Source of the DNA: the human T2T-CHM13v2.0 reference genome, Homo sapiens
Assembly (NCBI RefSeq): GCF_009914755.1
Contig: NC_060934.1
Direction: 5' to 3' (one strand)
DNA length: 64,000 nt
Shown: piece by piece, positions 30,961 to 44,522 of the stretch
Layout of the letters: the number at the start of each line of letters is the position of its first letter
How positions within the stretch are numbered: position 1 is the first letter of the stretch
Notes under the pieces: generated by a model
Told to the model about the DNA's origin: nothing
The model's database searches: none
Seen by the model: the letters and a program-made list of their open reading frames with translations, nothing else
Made by a program: the position numbers and the translations under genes

Positions 30961-32033
30961 TACTCTCTGAGTTATTTTCTCTTGTTATATTTCTTCTTCA
31001 TCAAGTGTTCTTCCTTCATCTTCCAGTCAGTCTTTGAGACCCATATGAGGTTTTTCAACTGCTCATTAGAGTGAGTACATTAGAATGCTTATGCCTTTTG
31101 TGTACATGTGTGGTGTCTGAAAGGATCATTTGGAAATTAATTACTTTAGATATAATTATATTTGGTAGGTTGTGGTTATTTGGGGCAGTTAACATGGAAG
31201 AAATACAATTAACCTAAGCTCTGTGCTTGATAGATTTCTCCCCCTTATTTTGACTGACAAGAGAACTAAGTGTATGATTATCTGTGCTTACTGTAGAAAT
31301 ACACTGGATTAATTTTTTCCCCTTAAGCAACATAATCTGTGTTGCATAAAATAAATACAGTGCATAAAATAAATGAACTGGTGGAACTCAAATTAGCAGA
31401 AAAACAGTGACAGTGAAGCCTAAAGAAAAATTAAAATCTTCAGCAAATCTGTGTCTAAGGCTTTCAAATTGAACACATATGTCCAAGATTTTCTTTTTGA
31501 CCTTGAACCTACTAATTTTCATGTTTACTAGGGTATTTGTTGAGTGCTAGGCTACAATAAGACATAGTCTCTTTTTTTAAACTTATTTTTCTTGCAGACT
31601 CTTTTTGTTTAAGCTTAGATAAACCTTCCATTTTAATAAATATGGTTTTTTAGTTTTTGTATAACATTTTCAAGCTGTGCTAAGGCTGAATATTTGAGCC
31701 TATTTCTATATATTTTCTTCTGGTGTAATTCAGTATATCCAATGTTAATTTATGTGGTGCTTGTTAGCTTGATACAACTTTTTTGGCTGTTATTTTTGGT
31801 GATTAAAAAAGGAAGCCCTAATGACTAAAAAAGCAGTGGTTCTGGAATTTGCTGTTTATACTACTTGTTTTGCTAAAAGCTTTACATATTTACATTCTAA
31901 TGATCAAATTTACAGAATTGAAATTAAGCTTAAAATAATGATAAACGTTCCAAATTCCAAATACAATTTAGCTACTTCTTCTAGAACTTTTGTTTTGCAC
32001 TATGTATTGTAGAAGTATTTCTTTACCTATATG

Positions 32034-32215
32034 TTTTTTTTTTTTTTTTTTTTTTGAGGCAGTCTTGCCCTGTTGCCCAGGCTGGAGTGCAGTGGTGTGA
32101 TCTTGGCTCACTGCAATCTTTGCTTCCCAAGTTCAAGCAATTCTCCTGCCTCAGCCTCCTGAGTAGCTGGGATTACAGGTGTGCACCACCACACCCAGCT
32201 AATTTTTTTGTATTT
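32034..32215 (-). mobile_element. AluS right arm (5'-truncated)
   Basis: Poly-T tail then the Alu right monomer up to the A-rich linker. Confidence 0.9.
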
Positions 32216-33184
32216 CTAAGATATTTATTTTTCTAAGAGCTTCATATGGATCCACCATTGAATGTTTTCCTTTGCTACCCTCATAATAGTTTCAAGAATG
32301 TTTTCCAATTTCTTTTCCTATAGTGTTAATACTTTTCTATTTTAATTTTCTGACATAGAAACACCACCTAGTTTCACTCTAATATGATAATATTTTAATG
32401 AGAATTTTAAATATATTTCCCTGAATGCATGCATAGTGCTATTTAGTGCAGATAATGTGTGTGTATTTATTTTCATTGCACTGTGAAATGCTGATGTGCC
32501 ATATTTTAAGGAAATCTGAAATATCTAAACTTAGAAAACACATTAATCAGGGAATAGTTATTTTCCCTGCAATAGTGTTCTCTGTCAGTTCTGCAGTGTT
32601 CTTCGTTGTTTCTTTCAGAAGGATTTGACAAAAAGGCAAAATGGCAGTGAAATGTGATACCAACTAATTTGTCTTAAAACAACGGTTTCTTAAGTTATCT
32701 CTGAAATTTTTATGAGAGGAAGTATATGCTAGACATTGGAAATTCAAAGATCCAGCATTTTTAACTTCACCTATTTATAGGCCATGTCAAAGGTAGCTAA
32801 ATCGGATAATTTATTGACAATTTTAATAGCATGCTAGACAGCTGAATTTCTGGCATTTACCTGTGAGTGTAGAAAGCTTGTTGCCCAGCATTTCTGTCAA
32901 TGTTTCTTTATATTTTATTTGAGCATACAGAATTCTTGTGAAATGTCAAAAACATTATTTTTAAGTAAAAAATGACCCCTGAGAAAGAAAAGTGTGGAAT
33001 ATAAGAAAACAGAAAGGGGGAAAGGATTTGTTAAAAGTGTTTTACAAAATATTTGCACTGACTAATGTTATTATATTAATTATGTAATTTAAGGTATTGT
33101 TTAATTTATTTTGGTGCTAGAATTTAATTGCTTTTAAAATGACTTTTATTCTCACATTATCATTAAGAGTCTGTGAATGCATTG

Positions 33185-33667
33185 TGTAGGGGATGAAAAT
33201 GTCTTTCCTTCTCATCTTAGGTTCATGGCTGAGGCCACATAACAAAAGACTAACAAGAGAAAAGCATACAAATTTATGTAATATAAGCTGTGCATGACGT
33301 GGGAGCCTTCATAAGGAAATGAAAACCCAAAGAAATGGGTAAAACCTATGTATTTTTTAATGTTAGGTTTGATGAAGAGTGGACAGTCATGGAGAAGTAT
33401 AATTGGAAGACAAACGCGTATGATTTCATGGTAATAAGCTGGTGGGAACTTCACAAGACTTGTTTCTTCAGATTCACCTCTGTGTCCTATGTCTTCAGAG
33501 ATAAGGATATTCTTTTCCTCCAGGTATAGGGAGGCCATCTCTCCAGTGAAGGTCTTATGACCTGCCTCAGGGGAGAAGGGTAGGAGAAGGAGTGACCTTC
33601 CTGCTTCTGTTGTTTTCTCAAATTCTTTCAGCTGAAAGTATTTTAGGGTACCATGTCTCGAAACCCA
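33185..33667 (-). mobile_element. Solo ERV1 LTR (MER31-like)
   Basis: tgtagggg... start; acaagagaaaagcatacaaatttat; ggtcttatgacctgc. Flanked by cattg repeats at 33180-33184 and 33666-33670. Confidence 0.75.
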
Positions 33668-34375
33668 TTGCTTACTAACATTTTTCTGTTGTATTCTACT
33701 ACTTGGTAAATTATATGCTTTAATTGTTTTTACATATGTAAAGACTTTGAAAAGTATCCTTTGTAAATGCCATGGTTATATTGTAATGGTCTTCAAGTGA
33801 TGTTTATGAACTCCAGAAGGCATAATAGATAATCAGTTGGACCATGGAATAAAGTAATAGAACTTTTGTTAATGTTTATTTTTATATTATCTAGAATAAG
33901 AAAAAGTTTTATTAATGTTAGCTATAGAGCTTAATACTTGATATATCAAACTGTCACATATACTCTATGTGCATGAGGTACATGTGTATAATTGGTATAT
34001 GCTTAGTGTTTTGTACATACAGATAGTGATGTACTTTCCCAGCCTGATGTACCCATTCTTGTGTGATACCTTTTCCAACTGTGATAGCCCTTAAAACAAA
34101 GTATCTAAATAAACTGAATTTAGAATTGGTCATTGAATTGCTGTGTCACAAAATGTTAAACCAAGTTTATCAAAATAACACATATTCATATATTTTTAGT
34201 AAAATGTTTTTATTCTGAAGTAGATAAAAATAAAATATTTAAAATTATTTTGTATTTTATAATTTTAAATTGCTATTTTGCCCAGTCTATAATGTACATA
34301 ATATATTAGTATATATATATATGTATAATTTATAAAGAAATGACTGCACTTATGAGTACACTGTCAACATTTTTT

Positions 34376-34670
34376 TTTTTTTTTTTGAGATAGAGTCTTG
34401 CTCTGTTGCCCAGGCTGGAGTGCAGTGGTGTGAATCTCGGCTCACTGCAAGCTCCACCTCCCGGGTTCACGCCATTCTCCTCACACCTCAGCCTCCTGAG
34501 TAGCTGGGACTACAGGCACCCACCACCACGCCAGGCTAATTTTTTGTATTTTTAGTAGAGATGGGGTTTCACCGTGTTAGGCAGGATGGTCTTGATCTCC
34601 TGACCTTGTGATCCGTCCGACTTGGCCTCCCAAAGTGTGGTATTACACGTGTGAGCCACCGCGCCCGGCC
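34376..34670 (-). mobile_element. AluY
   Basis: Full-length Alu. TSD agtacactgtcaacatttttt at 34355-34375 and 34672-34692. Confidence 0.92.
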
Positions 34671-35975
34671 AAGTACACTGTCAACATTTTTTATGCAGGG
34701 GTATGAGATGAAAAAAGTTTTAAGAATAGATTTGTATTATATTCTATTTTTGTACGTCTTGCTTTACACAGCAAGGTATATCTGTAATAAATAAATCCAC
34801 CCAATGTATTCAAAGATGGATTTCATTACACAATTATATACTCTTTATTGTCAAAAAGATTTCTTAAATGCGTATTTTAACGTGATGTTGTATATAGCAA
34901 TTTAGATGAATTCCCTGGGCTCTGGAGGTAAACAGTTCAAGATAATTTTTAGTTATGTATATGAAATCTCAATCTAGGTGCTCATCAAGGAGCTAAAACA
35001 ACACCACAAATTTAGAAGCATGTTGCTATTCACTGCTACCTATGATAGTCCTGTTTTCCAAAAGATGTTCTCATTATCCTCCCCAGTTTCTCAGGCATTG
35101 ACCTTCAGGGGCATTCTTCACATAAAATATTAAGATAAAAATCCCTTGAATTCTATCTCCTCAGTGGTCTGATCTTATTTTACATCTTATAACTTTATAA
35201 CTGAGTAACAAAATTTCCTTTATGATCTGGCCATCACCAATCTTCTGTTCCTCCAGTCCCATCTTATTCTTTCTCTGAAAATAATCTTTTGAGAATAAGT
35301 TTTCAGTACCTGTCTTCCCTGTTAAGAAACCTTAAACCTTAATTCAAATGCAACATATATATGGACTTTCATGAACCTCTTTTTAGGGTCATTTGGTTTT
35401 GGCATCTGTTACCCTGTTGTGCAAAACTTCACCTGGCTGACTAGTAAGCTCTACTTTTTTTTTCCTACATTTTGTGAGTTTTCTTTCCAAAATTTCACTA
35501 AGTTCAAAGTGAACTGCTTTTCCATGTATAATGCATGTCTGTACCTTTGTGCCAGGGCCAGCATTCCCTGCTTTTACTCTTCTTTAACATTTATAACCAT
35601 CTTCTTCTATTCTGGCTGTGCTACCATATTTATTGTCTTTGAGTCAACACTTTACTTTTACTTATTTAGGATTGTGTATGTTGGTTACAATTACCAACAA
35701 TTCCAGGGCCTACTTTCCTTTACATTTGGTCTTAAAATGTTGCTACCTGTTTTCATTGACATCTACCTTATCTCCAAACTATTTTGTGCTCCTCTTACAT
35801 ATTATTTATATTCATTACTTTTTATTTTAACCTAGGTCAAATAATGAAGTTTCATTTGTGTGTTTTTATTGCCAGCTACTCAGGGTTGTGCTTGAGGCTT
35901 GATTTGCATTTATGTCCTCTTGTGGTATGGAGCACAGAGATAGAATGGGCACAGGAAGATGAACTTAGATCTCTT

Positions 35976-38900
35976 TATTTTTTTTAAGTATTTCTAAAGC
36001 AGTAATCTTTTTTTATTATTATTATACTTTAAGTTCTAGGGTACACGTGCACAACGTGCTGGTTTCTTACATATGTATACATGTGCCATGTTGGTGTGCT
36101 GCACCCGTTAACTCATCATTTACATTACGTATATCTCCTAATGCTATCCCTCCCCCCTACCCCCACCCCATGACAGGCCCAGTGAGTGATGTTCCCCTTC
36201 CTGTGTCCAAGTGTTCTCATTGTTCAATTCCCACCTATGAGTGAGAACATGCGGTGTTTGGTTTTTTTGTCCTTGCGATAGTTTTCTGAGAATGATGGTT
36301 TCCAGCTTCATCCATGTCCCTACAAAGGACATGAACTCATCATTTTTTATGGCTGCATAGTATTCCATGGTGTATATGTGCCACATTTTTTTTAATCCAC
36401 TCTATCATTGATGGACATTTGGGTTGGTTCCAAGTCTTTGCTATTGTGAATAGTGCCGCACTGAACATACATGTGCATGTGTCTTTATAGTAGCATGATT
36501 TATAATCCTTTGGGTATATACCCAGTAATGGGATGGCTGGGTCAAATGGTATTTCTAGTTCTAGATCCTTGAGGAATCGCCACACTGTCTCCCACAATGG
36601 TTGAACTAGTTTACAGTCCCACTAACAGTGTAAAAGTGTTCCTATTTCTCCACATCCTCTCCAGCACCTATTGTTTCCTGACTTTTTAATGATCGCCATT
36701 CTAACTGGTGTGAGATGGTATCTCATTGTGGTTTTGATTTGCATTTCTCTGATGACCAGTGATGATGAGAGTTTTTTCATGTGTCTGTTGGCTGCATAAA
36801 TGCCTTCTTTTGAGAAGTGTCTGTTCATATCCTTTGCCCACTTTTTGATGGGTTTGTTTGATTTTTTTCTTGTAAATTTGTTTGAGTTCTTTGTAGATTC
36901 TAGATATTAGCCCTTTGTCAGATGAGTAGATTGCGAAAATTTTCTCCCATTCTGTACGTTGCCTGTTCACTCTGATGGTAGTTTCTTTTGCTGTGCAGAA
37001 GCTCTTTAGTTTAATTAGATCCCATTTGTCAATTTTGGCTTTTATTGCCATTGCTTTTGGTGTTTTAGACATGAAGTCCTTGCCCATGCCTATGTCCTGA
37101 ATGGTATTGCCTAGGTTTTCTTCTAGGGTTTTTATGGTTTTAGGTCTAACATTTAAGTCTTTAATCCATCTTGAACTAATTTTTATATAAGATATAAGGA
37201 AGGGATCCAGTTTCAGCTTTCTACATATGGCTAGCCAGTTTTCCCAGCACCATTTATTAAATAGGGAATCCTTTCCCCATTTCTTGTTTTTGTCAGGTTT
37301 GTCAAAGATCAGATGGTTGTAGATGTGTGGTATTATTTCTGAGGCCTCTGTTCTGTTCCATTGGTCTCTATCTCTGTTTTGGTGCCAGTACCTTGCTGTT
37401 TTTGTTACCGTAGCCTTGTAGTATAGTTTGAAGTCAGGTAGCGTGATGCCTCCAGCTTTGTTCTTTGGCTTAGGATTGTCTTGGCAATGAGGGCTCTTTT
37501 TTGGTTCCATATGAACTTTAAAGTAGTTTTTTCCAATTCTGTGAAGAAAGTCGTTGGTAGCTTGATGGAAATGGCATTGAATCTATAAATTACCTTGGGC
37601 AGTATGGCCATTTTCACGATATTGATTCTTCCTATCCATGAGCATGGAATGTTCTTCCGTTTGTTTGTATCCTCTTTTATTTCTTTGAGCAGTGGTTTGT
37701 AGTTCTCCTTGAAGAGGTCCTTCACATCCCTTGTAAGTTGGATTCCTAGGTATTTTCTTCTCTTTGAAGCAATTGTGAATGGAATTTCACTCATGATTTG
37801 GCTCTCTGTTTGTCTGTTATTGGTGTATAAGAATGCTTGTGATTTTTGCACCTTGATTTTGTATCCTGAGGCTTTGCTGAAGTTGCTTATCAGCATAAGA
37901 AGATTTTGGGCTGAGACGATGGGGTTTTCTAGATGTACAATCATGTCATCTGCAAACAGGGTCAATTTGACTTCCTCTTTTCCTAATTGAATACCCTTTA
38001 TTTCTTTCTCTTGCCTGATTGCCCTGGCCAGAACTTCCAACATTATGTTGAATAGGAGTGGTGAGAGAGGGCATCCCTGTCTTGTGCCAGTTTTCAAAGG
38101 GAATGCTTCCAGTTTTTGTCCATTCAGTATGATATTGGCTGTGAGTTTGTCATAAACAACTCTTATCATTTTGAGATACATCCCATCAATATCTAATATA
38201 TTGAGAGTTTTTAGCATGAAGCGCTGTTGAATTTTGTCAAAGGCCTTTTCTGCATCTATTGAGATAATCATGTGGTTTTTATCTTTGGTCCTGTTTATAT
38301 GCTGGATTACTTTTATTGATTTGCGTATGTTAAACCAGCCTTGCATCCCAGGGATGAAGCCAACTTCATTGTGGTGGATAAGCTTTTTGATGTGCTGCTG
38401 GATTTGGTTTGCCAGGATTTTATTTTGGATTTTTGCATCGACGTTCATCAGGGATATTGGTCTGAAATTCTCTTTTTTGATTTTGTCTCTGCCAGGCTTT
38501 GGTATCAGGATGGTGCTGGCCTCATAAAATGAGTTAGGGAGGATTCCCCCTTTTTCTACTGATCGGAATAGTTTCAGAAGGAATGGTACCAGCTCCTCCT
38601 TGTACCTCTGGTAGAATTCGGCTGTGAATCCATCTGGTCCTGGACTTTTTTTGGTTGGTAAGCTATTATTTACTGCCTCAATTTCAGAGCCTGTTATTGG
38701 TCTATTTAGCCATTCAACTTCTTCCTGGTTTAGTCTTCGGAGGGTGTATGTGTCGAAGAATTTATCCATTTCTCCTAGATTTTCGAGTTTATTTGCATAG
38801 AGATGTTCATAGTATTCTCTGATGGTAGTTTGTATTTCTGTGGGATCGGCAGTGATATCCCCTTTATCATTTTTTATTGTGTCTATTTGATTCTTCTCTC

Positions 38901-39551
38901 TTTTCTTCTTTATTAGTCTTGCTAGCGGTCTATCCATTTTGTTGATCTTTTCAAAAAACCAGCTCCTGGATTCATTGATATTTCGAAGGGTTTTTTGTGT
39001 CTCTATCTCCTTCAGTTCTGCTCTGATCTCAGTTATTTCTTGGCTTCTGCTAGCTTTTGAATGTGTTTGCTCTTGCTTCTCTAGTTCTTTTAATTGTGAT
39101 GTTAGGATGTCAATTTTAGATCTTTCCTGCTTTCTCTTGTGGGCATTTAGTGCTATAAATTTCCCTCTACACAATGCTTTGAATGTGTCCCAGAGATTCT
39201 GGTATGTTGTGTCTTTGTTCTCATTGGTTTCAAAGAACATCTTTATTTCTGCCTTCATTTTGTTATGTACCCGGTAGTCATTCAGGAACAGGTTGTTCGT
39301 TTTCCATGTAGTTGAGTGGTTTTGAGTGAGTTTCTTAATCCTGAGTTCTAGTTTGATTGCACTGTGGTCTGAGAGACAATTTGTTATAATTTCTGTTATT
39401 TTACATTTGCTGAAGAGAGCTTTACTTCCAACTATGTGGTCAATTTTGGAATAGGTGTGATGTGGTGCTGAGAAGAATGTATATTCTGTTGATTTGGGGT
39501 GGAGAGTTCTGTAGATGTCTGTTAGGTCCGCTTGGTGCAGAGCTGAGTTCA
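35976..39551 (-). mobile_element. 5'-truncated L1PA (PA5/6-like), about 3.5 kb, with a short extra segment in the tail
   Basis: 715-codon ORF2 fragment (37405-39552) including the RT FADD motif. TSD agatctctt at 35967-35975 and 39552-39560. Confidence 0.95.
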
Positions 39552-40154
39552 AGATCTCTTCAATATTTGCTTTCTCATTTTGTTAGAGGCTGTCAGTTCT
39601 TGGGCCAATCCTAATGTGGTATGATGATTTTGAGTAATCAGAGTGTAATGAATCCTTCCTAATTCTAGTTTCAGCCATTGAATAATGAAATTTGGAATTA
39701 AAATAAAATGCTTACTAATGATTTATCATAATTATGAATTAAAATATTACAGGTGAATCTGGGCCTTGATATTTTTAAAGTTATAAATATATTTGAAACC
39801 TTACTTGAAGATTAGAGGTTTATCATTTATTTTTAAATAATCTATCAGAGAAATATATAGGAAGTTCTCCTAACTGACTTGTGGTAGAGTTAGGGGTCAT
39901 AAGAGTAAAGCAAAAGAATTTGAAGGATAAATAGAAGTTAGGAAGGAAAAGTTGAGAAAATATATGAGCTATTGGGAGATAGTAGTAAACAGTGAGTGAA
40001 AGATTACATAGGCAGTAATAGACCAGGTATAAGGAATCACTCCAACGAAGGCTTAGTAGTGACTGGGGTTAGGGTAAGATTGAGAGTTAGATGAGATTAT
40101 GTTAGAGATGAAAATATGCCAGGTCTTGAAGGACTAGTTTAAAATATTATCCCA

Positions 40155-40320
40155 AAGGAGTGGGGGTTGAAAAATTACCCACCGGGTACAATGTCTAATA
40201 TTTCAGTAATAGGGTACACTAGAAGCCCATCCCCCACCGTTATGCATATATTATCCATGTAACAAACACATGTACCCCAGAATCTAAAATAAAAATGTTT
40301 TAATAAAATTTAAAAATATA
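40155..40320 (+). mobile_element. Very short old primate L1 3'UTR insertion
   Basis: gggtacactagaagccca...catgtaccccagaatctaaaataaaa, the same type as 493-1784. Degenerate TSD aaaatattatccca / aaaagttattcca. Confidence 0.7.
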
Positions 40321-40958
40321 AAAAGTTATTCCATGTCAACTTTTTTACATGATTAGCCAAGGAAAAATTTGAAGCATTAGAGTAACATTGTCTTCACATG
40401 AATGGTTGGGAGGAGAATTTCAACAATTATTGTTCAGATAATTAAACCTCAAATAACTTTTGCTGAATGACTTGGGTAATTTAGATATGTGTGTCTGTGC
40501 TTCCTTATTCTGAATGATACCACTTTTATACCATTTTGGTGTGCTTATACAGCTTTGAGTGCTTAAATAGTATTACATTTTATAACCAGAATTAAGGAAA
40601 CAGAATGTTAGGCCTAGGAAGTGCCTTCAAAACTATTTAATTCAAACTTTCTGTTTTCCAGTTGTGAATATGTGGGATTATTGAGGTTAAATTACCTGTC
40701 TAATTTCATATAGCTATTAAACAGCAGAGTCAGGATTTGAACCAGTTTGTCCATTTCTGAAGCTCATGCTCTTAACTAATATCATTCTACAAAATAAAAT
40801 CAATAAGTACCTTAGACATGATTTTTCAAACTGTTTTATTAATATATTTTTTACTTAGGGTTTAAAACCTACTATGTAGACATAATAATTTAGAAGGTCG
40901 TAAACTGCAGCACCCATAACTTCTGCAGAATATAGTGATTACTAAAAAGGCCATAGAT

Positions 40959-41877
40959 TGCAATCTACCCATCTGACAAGGGCTAATACCCAGAATCTAC
41001 AAAGAACTAAACAAATTTACAAGAAAAAAATCAAACAACCCCATCAGAAGGTGGGCAATGGATATGAACAGACACTTCTCAAAAGAAGGCATTTATGCAG
41101 CCAACAGACACATGAAAAAATGCTCATCATCACTGGCCATCAGAGAAATGCAAATCAAAACCACAATGAGATACCATCTCACACCAGTTAGAATGGTGAT
41201 CATTAAAAAGCCAGGAAACAACAGGTGCTGGAGAGGATGTGGAGAAATAGGAACACTTTTACACTGTTGCTGGGACTGTAAACTAGTTCAACCATTGTGG
41301 GAGACAGTGTGGCGATTCCTCAAGGATCTAGAACTAGAAATACCATTTGACCCAGCCATCCCATTACTGGGTATATACCCAAAGGATTATAAATCATGCT
41401 ACTTTAAAGACACACGCACACGTATGTTTATTGTGGCAGTATTCACAATAGCAAAGACTTGGAACCAACCCAAATGTCCATCAATGATAGACTGGATTAA
41501 GAAAATGTGGCACATATACACCATGGAATACTATGCAGCCATAAAAAATGATGAGTTCATGTCCTTTGTAGGGACATGGATGAAGCTGGAAACCATCATT
41601 CTGAGCAAACTATCGCAAGGACAGAAAGCCAAACACCACATGTTCTCACTCATAAGTGGGAATTGAACAATGAGAACACTTGGACACAGGGTGGGGAACA
41701 TCACACACCAGGGCCTGTCGTGGGGTGGGGGGAGGGAGGAGGGATAGCATTGGGAGAAATACCTCATGTAAATGGTGAGTTAATGGGTGCAGCACACCAA
41801 CATGGCACATGCATACATATGTAGGAAACCAGCACGTTGTGCACATGTACCCTAGAACTTAACATGTAATTTTTTTA
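40959..41877 (+). mobile_element. 5'-truncated L1PA (PA6-like) 3' end, about 0.9 kb
   Basis: ORF2 C-terminus (41058-41666) plus 3'UTR. TSD aaaaaggccatagat at 40944-40958 and 41878-41892. Confidence 0.95.
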
Positions 41878-42597
41878 AAAAAGGCCATAGATAATGGTAA
41901 ATTGCTCATTTAGATGCATGTATAAGGGTTATTTTCCGTTTACTAGAAAGGGAGTAAAAGAAGCCTAAAGGATTACATGTTGTTACGGGAATTTACATCA
42001 AGATCAAATTCCATGGGAAGTCTTTATGTAGATTTAGAATATAAAGGATTTATAGAATGTATGTAGGGTTTAGGCCAATAAACCAAGTTTCTGAAAACTT
42101 TATATAAAGAACTATTATAAGTAAAACAAACAAAGTATAAAGTATGTTTTCAGCATGTAGAAATATTAAATTTAAAATCTTCTATCCTGCTAGGAGACTA
42201 GACCTTAAGTTAACACTAAAATATTATGAAAATTGATGACTGCTGCCATTTAAATTCTGTGTTACTATTAGGGTAGATGGTATTGAGGTGACAGTTCATA
42301 ACCATTCTAAACAGTCTAAGTGATTACAAGTTAAATAAAGTTATATTTTATCATGTAATGAGTCTGTGTATGATGACTTTTAACAGAACCCTTTTTTGTG
42401 GGAGCTTTAAATTTCTCCTGTCAGTCGAACTAGAATTATTTTAAAAAGAAAGAGGAGGAGAATTTCAGAGTCCTGGATTAGTGCAAATTTAGTTTGGTTT
42501 CATTCCCATGTCAACTAGGATAACTCAAGGACCAGATTCTCAGTTTATGTTGATTTTGTTCCCTTTTGTGTGTATGTCCTTTTTATTTTAAGTGTGA

Positions 42598-43108
<511 letters not shown>

Positions 43109-43591
43109 TCATAAAGTTTTTAAAAGAACATCAAGGGAATATACTTAAAAGTTTCACTAAAATAAGATAAAATTATCCCAGTTCCTTGTGGACACTGTAT
43201 TCATGTTATCCTGATGTAACAGCTTTTTCTCATGTGACATTCTAGATCATGAACGTGAGATTGATTATGTGTGGGTTGGCCATGGGACCAAAAGGGAAGT
43301 AGTTGATTCATCTGTTTTCCACAGCATTTTCTCTTTAAAAGAAAATTACAACCATGTTTTTCTTTCACCAACCATGAGATTTCCTAATTGTTCACATTAT
43401 TAATAATTGTTTTTATTCTTTAAAGTTCTTAATGTAGTCACCTATTTTGTGAACTCATCATGTAAAGCATATTTGTGAGTATTTTTCTCTTGTATTTATT
43501 TCATGTGCCCTGGTAAAAGAATGATATAACATGCTAGTTACCAATATGCTAGAGTATTACAGAGTTTTATGTGTAACCTATGTTCATCATC

Positions 43592-43736
43592 CTACTTCAG
43601 CTAATATTTTTCAGGCAGAAAAAGCAGAAAAAGCTTTTCAGTAGTATGTGGGCCGGAGTACACTGGTCCTCATGGCACAGTCCCTCATGGCTACTTCAGC
43701 TAATATTTTTCAGGCAGAAAAAGGCAGAAAAAGCTT
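43592..43736. repeat. 45/46-bp direct repeat flanking an inverted 50-bp L1 5'UTR copy
   Basis: Copies at 43592-43636 and 43691-43736. Insert 43641-43690 is the reverse complement of 45311-45360 (48/50). Confidence 0.92.
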
Positions 43737-44477
43737 GACTTCTGGGGTGGCAGCAACAACAATAGGGTTTGAATTAGTATTAAGCCATAAGTCTTAGCCT
43801 GATAATTTTTCTGGCTTTCGTAATATAAATTCCTTAATACTACTTGTAAGTTTAGCCTGTCTTCGGTCACTGGGAATAATTCTGCATCTGAGAACAGATA
43901 CTGTAAGGAACTTAAGGTCAGGATTTCATGGCCTTAGCACTGAGTAATTCTTGGCATTACTTTGTCCTAGTACATTAATTCTAGTAATTAAACTCTTATT
44001 TTAACTTCTTTGATCAAGCGCCTTCTTATATCTATCTCTAGCAATTGAATCCTGGTGTTTTCATCTATAAATGAATCTATCCCTTATTTTCTTGCCCAAA
44101 TCCTAGTCCCTCCAGCCTAAGGTTCTATTTTGAATACCAGGATTTTGCCTTTCATGGTTTCTCATGGGTAGAACTGTACAACTTGCTGGTAAGCCTCCTT
44201 GATACAAACAATAACCTAATAGCCTGATCTCCTTCCCATTGCCTTTTGTTAGACTACTTATACTGCGTGTCATACTTTGTCTACTGAATGGGACTTCTGC
44301 CATTTGTAGGCTGTGAGGTCTCTATCTGTCTTGATTATCTCTCCCTTCCTATTATTTGGAGTTCTCGTGATTGGCATCGCTGCTTCAAAGGTCTTTCTAA
44401 TCTCTGGATCTCTGCAAACTGACTCTTAATGGTGTAACCCAACGTAGTCTAACTGAGTCTGTTTTTACAGTAGCCAG

Positions 44478-44522
44478 CTAGAAATTCTGGAAATTCTAGA
44501 AATTCTGGAAATTCTGGAAATT
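44478..44522. repeat. 9-bp minisatellite (CTRGAAATT)x5
   Basis: Seen directly. Confidence 0.9.

Noticed and set aside
31343-31376. Short local duplications (tgcataaaataaat x2; also agtcacccc x2 near 50804 and ataactttatc x2 near 29822)
   Set aside because: Ordinary slippage-scale repeats expected in AT-rich intronic DNA.
35371-35835. 154-aa hydrophobic ORF
   Set aside because: Phe/Leu/Tyr-rich translation of T-rich DNA with no recognisable domain or exon signals.
37405-39552. 715-aa reverse-transcriptase ORF as an active or domesticated gene
   Set aside because: 5'-truncated L1 ORF2 with no promoter or ORF1, a non-ATG start at the truncation point and a downstream frameshift.
43592-43736. 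CRISPR-like repeat-spacer-repeat with an L1-derived spacer
   Set aside because: Only two repeats in a human intron, with no leader or cas genes. A repair or replication templated insertion explains it.
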